Virus record (IMG/VR): IMGVR_UViG_2974723840_000001
Location: 1-15,328 of that record
Direction: 5' to 3' (one strand)
From: Exceevirus Xc38
Lineage: Duplodnaviria > Heunggongvirae > Uroviricota > Caudoviricetes > Schitoviridae
DNA length: 15,328 bases
The notes below the pieces were generated by a model. It made no database searches. It was not told the DNA's origin and worked only from the letters and a program-made list of their open reading frames with translations. Numbering within the stretch: position 1 is the stretch's first letter; each line of letters opens with the position of its first letter. A program made the position numbers and the translations under genes. Shown in pieces: positions 1 to 4,286 of this stretch.

Positions 1-24
1 ATGTTTAGTACTTATCTCTCTTAC

Positions 25-46
25 TCCCTATATAAGCGTAGCTATT
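25..46 (-). promoter_or_regulatory. Candidate N4-type hairpin promoter, copy 1 (TCCCTATATAAGC-GTA-GCTATT); would drive leftward transcription out of the window
   Basis: GC-GTA-GC mini-hairpin (C-GNA-G triloop) on the + strand, the template for leftward transcription. Matches 848-869 at 19 of 22 nt. N4 spacing (loop centre about -11) puts +1 on C28, giving a G start. The perfect stem is only 3 bp. Confidence 0.5.
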
Positions 47-109
47 CATAACCTATGGTTAGATGATTCATAACTAAAAGTTTGATCATTCATAACTATA
101 AGTAATTAG
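44..109. repeat. Three tandem imperfect 22-bp repeats starting ATTCATAAC
   Basis: ATTCATAAC at 44, 66 and 88 (exact 22-bp period). Units 1 and 2 match at 16/22, units 2 and 3 at 15/22. Each unit has an internal inverted repeat around a 3-nt spacer. Confidence 0.8.
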
Positions 110-220
110 ACAGTTCAGAATATACTGGTACACTGCGCTTAAGGTGCCAAGCAAAGTGTAAACCTATAATATAAGTAATATATAAGTATTATATATACAT
201 ACATACTACTCATCATTAAA

Positions 221-237
221 ACTGTACGGAGTACAGT
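221..237 (-). promoter_or_regulatory. Perfect 7-bp-stem GGA-triloop DNA hairpin; candidate virion-RNAP promoter
   Basis: ACTGTAC-GGA-GTACAGT, closed by C:G, with an A-run on its 5' side. This matches the architecture of N4 early promoter hairpins on the template strand. Confidence 0.55.
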
Positions 238-362
238 GAATTTAGGTAATTAGTTATAAACTAAATGACCTATGGTTTATTAGTATAAAGTGATATCGCT
301 ATTCACAAAATTTACTGTTTTTCCAGATAGTTTGCCACTGTCAAGCGCGCCTTACTGTCACA

Positions 363-391
363 TGTGTATTGTGTAATGTGTAATATGTGTA
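363..391. repeat. Four short direct repeats of TGTGTA
   Basis: TGTGTA at 363, 370, 377 and 386 (spacings 7, 7, 9). Confidence 0.7.
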
Positions 392-427
392 AAACAAAAT
401 GGATACACGCTAAGAGCGCATATCCAT
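391..427 (-). terminator. Rho-independent terminator closing the minus-strand two-gene unit
   Basis: Minus-strand RNA reads AUGGAUA-UG-CGCU-cuu-AGCG-UG-UAUCCAU followed by UUUGUUUU. The 13-bp stem is continuous only on this strand (two G.U wobbles; C/A mismatches on the other strand). Confidence 0.85.
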
Positions 428-490
428 AACGATTAAGATAATGAGTAGTATAAATACACCAGCCCACATAAGTTCATAGATGTGATTCAT
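410..490 (-). CDS. 26-aa single-pass hydrophobic peptide MNHIYELMWAGVFILLIILIVMDMRS (not in ORF track)
   Basis: AGGAG (502-498) lies 7 nt before the ATG (490-488). The stop TAG at 412-410 sits inside the terminator. Uncharged core LMWAGVFILLIILIVM. Confidence 0.7.
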   Translation of the reverse strand: MNHIYELMWAGVFILLIILIVMDMRS

Positions 491-513
491 CTCACAACTC
501 CTATTGATTAAGA

Positions 514-533
514 AGAGTGAGATAACTCACTCT
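514..533. other. 8-bp intercistronic stem-loop between the 92-aa ORF and the peptide ORF
   Basis: AGAGTGAG-ataa-CTCACTCT begins 5 nt after the stop at 539. The minus-strand tail (UCUUAAU) is weakly U-rich, so it may be a partial terminator or stabiliser. Confidence 0.65.
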
Positions 534-538
534 ATTGA

Positions 539-817
539 TTAGTCAAATGACATAACACCATCTGCATTAACAGACACACCTAACTCTTTCATCTTATCTG
601 CTAACTCTTTCTTAGCTATCACTAGCTTAAGAGTATCAGCAGTATCAGAGATCTCTGCTAGATTAGATGCCTTTGATTCAGCTATGTATGTGATGCGTTC
701 AACAGCACCAATGCCTTGCTCTGCAGCTTGGAAGGTACGATCTATCATCTTAAGACCACGCATAGCTGTACCAGTTAATGCACCTACTAATGTTTGAGGT
801 TGTTGTGCTTGAGACAT
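539..817 (-). CDS. Hypothetical 92-aa helical protein (start revised from 847 to 817, MSQAQQPQTL...)
   Basis: Long ORF on the strand opposite the late genes. AGGAG (829-825) is 7 nt before the ATG at 817, whereas the ATG at 847 has no suitably spaced RBS. No recognisable family. Confidence 0.75.
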   Translation of the reverse strand: MSQAQQPQTLVGALTGTAMRGLKMIDRTFQAAEQGIGAVERITYIAESKASNLAEISDTADTLKLVIAKKELADKMKELGVSVNADGVMSFD

Positions 818-847
818 GGAAATACTCCTGATTGGTTGATTGAACAT

Positions 848-869
848 TCCATCTATAAGCGTAGCGATT
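848..869 (-). promoter_or_regulatory. Candidate N4-type hairpin promoter, copy 2 (TCCATCTATAAGC-GTA-GCGATT), upstream of the 92-aa ORF
   Basis: Matches 25-46 at 19/22. Predicted +1 at 850-851 gives a ~34-nt leader containing the AGGAG. Confidence 0.5.
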
Positions 870-1002
870 ACCTCTTGAGTAAGAATCCTTTTTCTAACGA
901 GACATAGGGGGGAGGGTACTAAGATAGATCGAAGGGGGAGTAGATAGACCTACTACTGTACTAAAATATAAAAAATATGAAAAAGTTGAAGACCTTCTAG
1001 TT

Positions 1003-1031
1003 TTGACTATACCTAAACTTACCTATATCCT
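1003..1031 (+). promoter_or_regulatory. Sigma70-type late promoter for the terminase operon
   Basis: TTGACT (1003-1008), 17 nt, TATCCT (1026-1031). A-tracts at 963-984; AGGA RBS at 1049-1052 before ATG 1060. N4 late genes use host sigma70 RNAP. Confidence 0.6.
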
Positions 1032-1059
1032 ATCTGCAAATGAACACTAGGACTTAAAC

Positions 1060-1743
1060 ATGTTAACTAAAGACGAACTCATAGAAGCCTTACCTCCTTC
1101 TGTGCAAGGAGGAGTATCAGATGCGTTGGTTAATGAGCTTAACCAGGTAATCACTGATCCTGATTTCAGAGAAGCATTCAGAGACAACATGATCTCTTAT
1201 AACAGAGTACTTCAAGAAGGTAAGTTCAAACTATCTTCATACTTGAATGCTGTTATGTATGTATCCTACAAGTTGATGGGATATAACAACATGGATGCTT
1301 ACTCTCTTACATTCCCTCAGAAGTTTAAACAATGGGTAACTTCAGGTAAGACTAATCAAACCATCTCTGCTTCAGTAGCAATGTATAACAAGTCTAAGCT
1401 TGTTAACTTGGTTTACGCTCAAGCGGTTATTCCTACTCATGTACTTAATCAGGATAAGTTCCAAGAAGCTATTAATCATCAATACTACTTGATGAAGAAT
1501 GCTGCTAGTGAGAAGGTTCAATCTGATGCAGCTAACTCTTTGCTTATTCATCTTAAGCCACCTGAAGAGAAGAACATCAACCTTAATGTTGGTATTGAAG
1601 AGACAGACTCAATTAAAGAGTTGTATGCAGCAATTGGTAACTTGGCTGAAGCGCAGGTTAAATCAATTAAAGATAAACATTGGGATGCAGGAGCTATGGC
1701 AGCATCTCGTATTATTGAAGCAGAGGTTGTAGATGTTAGCTAA
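1060..1743 (+). CDS. Putative terminase small subunit (N4 gp69-like position)
   Basis: 227-aa helical protein with an RBS, immediately upstream of terL and overlapping it by 11 nt. Function inferred from position only. Confidence 0.6.
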   Translation: MLTKDELIEALPPSVQGGVSDALVNELNQVITDPDFREAFRDNMISYNRVLQEGKFKLSSYLNAVMYVSYKLMGYNNMDAYSLTFPQKFKQWVTSGKTNQTISASVAMYNKSKLVNLVYAQAVIPTHVLNQDKFQEAINHQYYLMKNAASEKVQSDAANSLLIHLKPPEEKNINLNVGIEETDSIKELYAAIGNLAEAQVKSIKDKHWDAGAMAASRIIEAEVVDVS

Positions 1744-3382
1744 TCCAGAACTGTTGTTAGAAGATGATGACAACACCTTTACTGATGACCTTGGTTTAGA
1801 AGTAAAGACAGTAGAAGAGTGGTTGAATACAGTATCGTATGCGCCTGATCCAAACTATGTACCAAGTAAGTTTGCAACTATGTTTGTTAACTTTATTAAG
1901 TTGGTTAATGGTGGACAAGGTGAAGAGAACGTAACACCTACTCTACACTTAAAGATGCTTGATCAAATTGATCAACCTAACTCACGTAAGATTGCAAACA
2001 TGGTACATCGTGGTGCAGCTAAGACAACTGTACTAGGTGAGTACTTGATTCTTTACTTGGCTACCTTTGGTGAGTTACCTACCTTCGGTAGAGTGGACTT
2101 TGCATTGTATGTATCGGACTCTATCGATAACGGTGTGAAGAACATGCGTAAGAACTTAGAGTATCGTTGGGAGAACTCAGACTTCTTGAAGAAGTATGTA
2201 CCTATGGCTAAGTTCACGGACATTCATTGGCACTTTAAGAACAAGGAAGGTAAAGAGTTTATTGTTAAAGGTTATGGTGCTAAGACAGGTGTTCGTGGTA
2301 CTAAGGCCAATGGTAAGCGACCACAGTTAGCTATCCTAGATGACTTGGTATCGGATGAGGATGCTCGTTCTAAGACAATGATTGCTGCTATTGAAGATAC
2401 AGTTCATAAAGCAATTGACCATGCGATGCATCCAACTAGAAGTAAGATCATCTGGTCAGGTACTCCCTTTAATGCGAGTGATCCTTTGTATAAAGCATTA
2501 GAGTCTGGTGCATGGGCAGTTAACTGTTATCCAGTATGTGAGCGATTCCCTTGTACACGTGCAGAGTTCAGAGGATCATGGGAAGATCGCTTTACTTATG
2601 ACTATGTGAAGCGTAAGTACTTAGAAGCAATGAAGTCAGGTACTATTCATACGTTTAACCAGGAGCTTATGCTTCGTATTATGTCTGATGAAGATCGTCT
2701 AGTTCATGATGGGGATATCAACTGGTATAAGCGTGGTGATGTACTTAAGGAGATGCATAAGTACAACTTCTACATCACTACTGACTATGCAACTACAGAA
2801 GATCAGTCTGGTGACTTTGCCTTTACTTCAGTATGGGCTGTTAACTCTAGTGGTCACAAGTTCTGGGTAGATGGTGTATGTGCTCGTCAATCAATGGATA
2901 AGAACGTAGATGATCTGTTCCGGTTTGCTCAGCGATATAAACCAATGAGTGTTGGTATTGAGGTCACTGGTCAACAAGAAGGATTCATTTCATGGATTCG
3001 TGCAGAGATGGGAAGACGCAAAGTTTACTTCAATCTGGCAAGTAGCGGAAACTCATCACGTGCAGGTATCAGACCTAACACAAATAAATTACAGCGATTC
3101 ATGACTGTTGTTCCTTGGTTTAAGTTAGGTGAGATGTTCTTCCCTGAAGAATGTAGAAATGATCCTACTATGATTGAGATGATGGAAGAATTGAAGTTAG
3201 CATCTGCCAATGGTCTTAAGTCTAAGCATGATGACGCTATTGATACTATCAGTATGCTAGGTTTAATGAATATACTGTTGCCTGGAGAAGAAGCTCCTAT
3301 GCAATACAATGAGTCCTCTGGTGTGTTTGAAGCTTATGTTTCACATGACGAGGTTACTACTTTCTCAACATATACGGTGTAA
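1733..3382 (+). CDS. terL: Terminase large subunit (N4 gp68-like)
   Basis: Walker A-like HRGAAKTT, Walker B LAILDD, coupling motif WSGTP, and RNase H-like nuclease acidic motifs ITTDYA and KHDDAIDTISM. 549 aa. Confidence 0.95.
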   Translation: MLANPELLLEDDDNTFTDDLGLEVKTVEEWLNTVSYAPDPNYVPSKFATMFVNFIKLVNGGQGEENVTPTLHLKMLDQIDQPNSRKIANMVHRGAAKTTVLGEYLILYLATFGELPTFGRVDFALYVSDSIDNGVKNMRKNLEYRWENSDFLKKYVPMAKFTDIHWHFKNKEGKEFIVKGYGAKTGVRGTKANGKRPQLAILDDLVSDEDARSKTMIAAIEDTVHKAIDHAMHPTRSKIIWSGTPFNASDPLYKALESGAWAVNCYPVCERFPCTRAEFRGSWEDRFTYDYVKRKYLEAMKSGTIHTFNQELMLRIMSDEDRLVHDGDINWYKRGDVLKEMHKYNFYITTDYATTEDQSGDFAFTSVWAVNSSGHKFWVDGVCARQSMDKNVDDLFRFAQRYKPMSVGIEVTGQQEGFISWIRAEMGRRKVYFNLASSGNSSRAGIRPNTNKLQRFMTVVPWFKLGEMFFPEECRNDPTMIEMMEELKLASANGLKSKHDDAIDTISMLGLMNILLPGEEAPMQYNESSGVFEAYVSHDEVTTFSTYTV

Positions 3383-3385
3383 TCT

Positions 3386-4138
3386 ATGTTCCTACAAGAT
3401 GTATACGATGCGCTATGCGCTGCAGAGTTCCAACTATCATCCATTGGTGATACTGGTGAAATTAAACCAGAGAAGAGAGCTTTAGTTAATACTATTATCC
3501 AATCTGGTATTACTGATATTAATAAGTACTTCACTCTTAAAGAGGGTGAGCTATTACTTCGTACGAAGAATGGTAAGAACAAGTACGAGTTAGTGCCGGA
3601 GAATGCTGTATCTACTGGTAATCAGTTTGGGTTTATTATTGATAGTGTAGATGATCCTTTTATTGGGGATATTCTGCAGATTACTCAGATACATGACTCA
3701 AAAGGTAAGTCTCTTTGGCTGAATGCTGACACTACTCATCGTGTTGATACTGATGATATCTTTGGGTATCACCCAGGATTAGTACAGAAGAGTGGTATCA
3801 ATATGGTGAATTATAATACCCTTAAGTTCCCTGAAGGCCATGAAGCTGATGATTACTTGGTGAAGTATAAGGCCAAGCTTAAACCAGTAGAAAGAAACTC
3901 AGATCCTACTACTACATTCTTGGAATTACCTGATGTTTACTTAGGTGCATTGTGTAACTACGTTGCGTCACGTTTCTTCAACCCTAAGGGTGCAGAGACT
4001 ATTGGTCGTGGTATGTTCCATGGTGGTAATAACTACTGGACTAAGTATAAAGAGGACATTGAAACTCTACGTGCTAACATGGCAAGTATTAGTTCATTAG
4101 GTGAAACTACCAAGTTTGAAACTGGTGGATGGGTATAA
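3386..4138 (+). CDS. Probable head-to-tail adaptor / virion protein (N4 gp67-like)
   Basis: 250 aa directly after terL, matching the size and position in N4-like phages. Helical N- and C-terminal blocks (LQDVYDALCAAEF; YLGALCNYVASRFF). Confidence 0.7.
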   Translation: MFLQDVYDALCAAEFQLSSIGDTGEIKPEKRALVNTIIQSGITDINKYFTLKEGELLLRTKNGKNKYELVPENAVSTGNQFGFIIDSVDDPFIGDILQITQIHDSKGKSLWLNADTTHRVDTDDIFGYHPGLVQKSGINMVNYNTLKFPEGHEADDYLVKYKAKLKPVERNSDPTTTFLELPDVYLGALCNYVASRFFNPKGAETIGRGMFHGGNNYWTKYKEDIETLRANMASISSLGETTKFETGGWV

Positions 4139-4147
4139 ACCCTAGAT

Positions 4148-4182
4148 ACAAAGAAGCCCTCAATTAAGAGGGCTTTTTGTTT
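4148..4182. terminator. Bidirectional Rho-independent terminator
   Basis: GCCCTC-aattaa-GAGGGC, followed by TTTTTGTTT on + and by UUCUUUGU on the minus-strand RNA. Confidence 0.85.
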
Positions 4183-4205
4183 CGGAATGACAACCAATCA
4201 GGCTT
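4148..4205 (-). ncRNA. Candidate ~58-nt small RNA AAGCCUGAUUGGUUGUCAUUCCGAAACAAAAAGCCCUCUUAAUUGAGGGCUUCUUUGU
   Basis: Lies between a minus-strand sigma70 promoter and the minus face of the terminator and contains no ORF. Its 5' segment is complementary to the leader at 827-851. Confidence 0.5.
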
Positions 4206-4211
4206 GACTTG

Positions 4212-4240
4212 ATATTAGTTATCTTAAGGATAGAAGTCAA
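4212..4240 (-). promoter_or_regulatory. Leftward sigma70-type promoter
   Basis: TTGACT (4240-4235), 17 nt, TAATAT (4217-4212). Predicted +1 is the A at 4205. The -35 hexamer is the same as in the terminase promoter. Confidence 0.6.
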
Positions 4241-4286
4241 CACTTAATTTAATGTAGACTTGCTACATCTTAAATAGGAATGCGTT

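Noticed and set aside
44-109. CRISPR array interpretation of the 22-bp repeats
   Set aside because: The units are contiguous and degenerate, with no unique spacers and no cas genes.
165-193. Perfect TATAAT hexamers on + (165-170) and - (193-188)
   Set aside because: Neither has a -35 box or an extended -10 TG, and such hexamers are expected in an AT-rich tract.
139-216. Minus-strand 25-aa ORF MMSSMYVYIILIYYLYYRFTLCLAP, starting next to the predicted +1 of the 221-237 hairpin
   Set aside because: No Shine-Dalgarno, and near-pure AT sequence yields I/Y/L-rich ORFs by chance. A leaderless peptide cannot be excluded but is unsupported.
240-410. Cis-encoded antitoxin RNA opposite the 26-aa peptide
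   Set aside because: No convincing + strand promoter or terminator pair was found across 410-490.
646-657. 12-bp perfect palindrome CAGAGATCTCTG
   Set aside because: It lies in coding sequence, and a few palindromes of this length are expected by chance in 15 kb.
539-847. ORF-track start at 847 (102 aa)
   Set aside because: No RBS at usable spacing (the AAGAGG lies >20 nt upstream). The ATG at 817 has AGGAG at 7 nt.
1499-1732. Alternative-frame + strand ORFs (1499-1732, 6145-6444, 7698-7895, 9353-9601)
   Set aside because: Nested within well-supported genes, with no RBS or recognisable motifs; these are shadows of biased codon usage.
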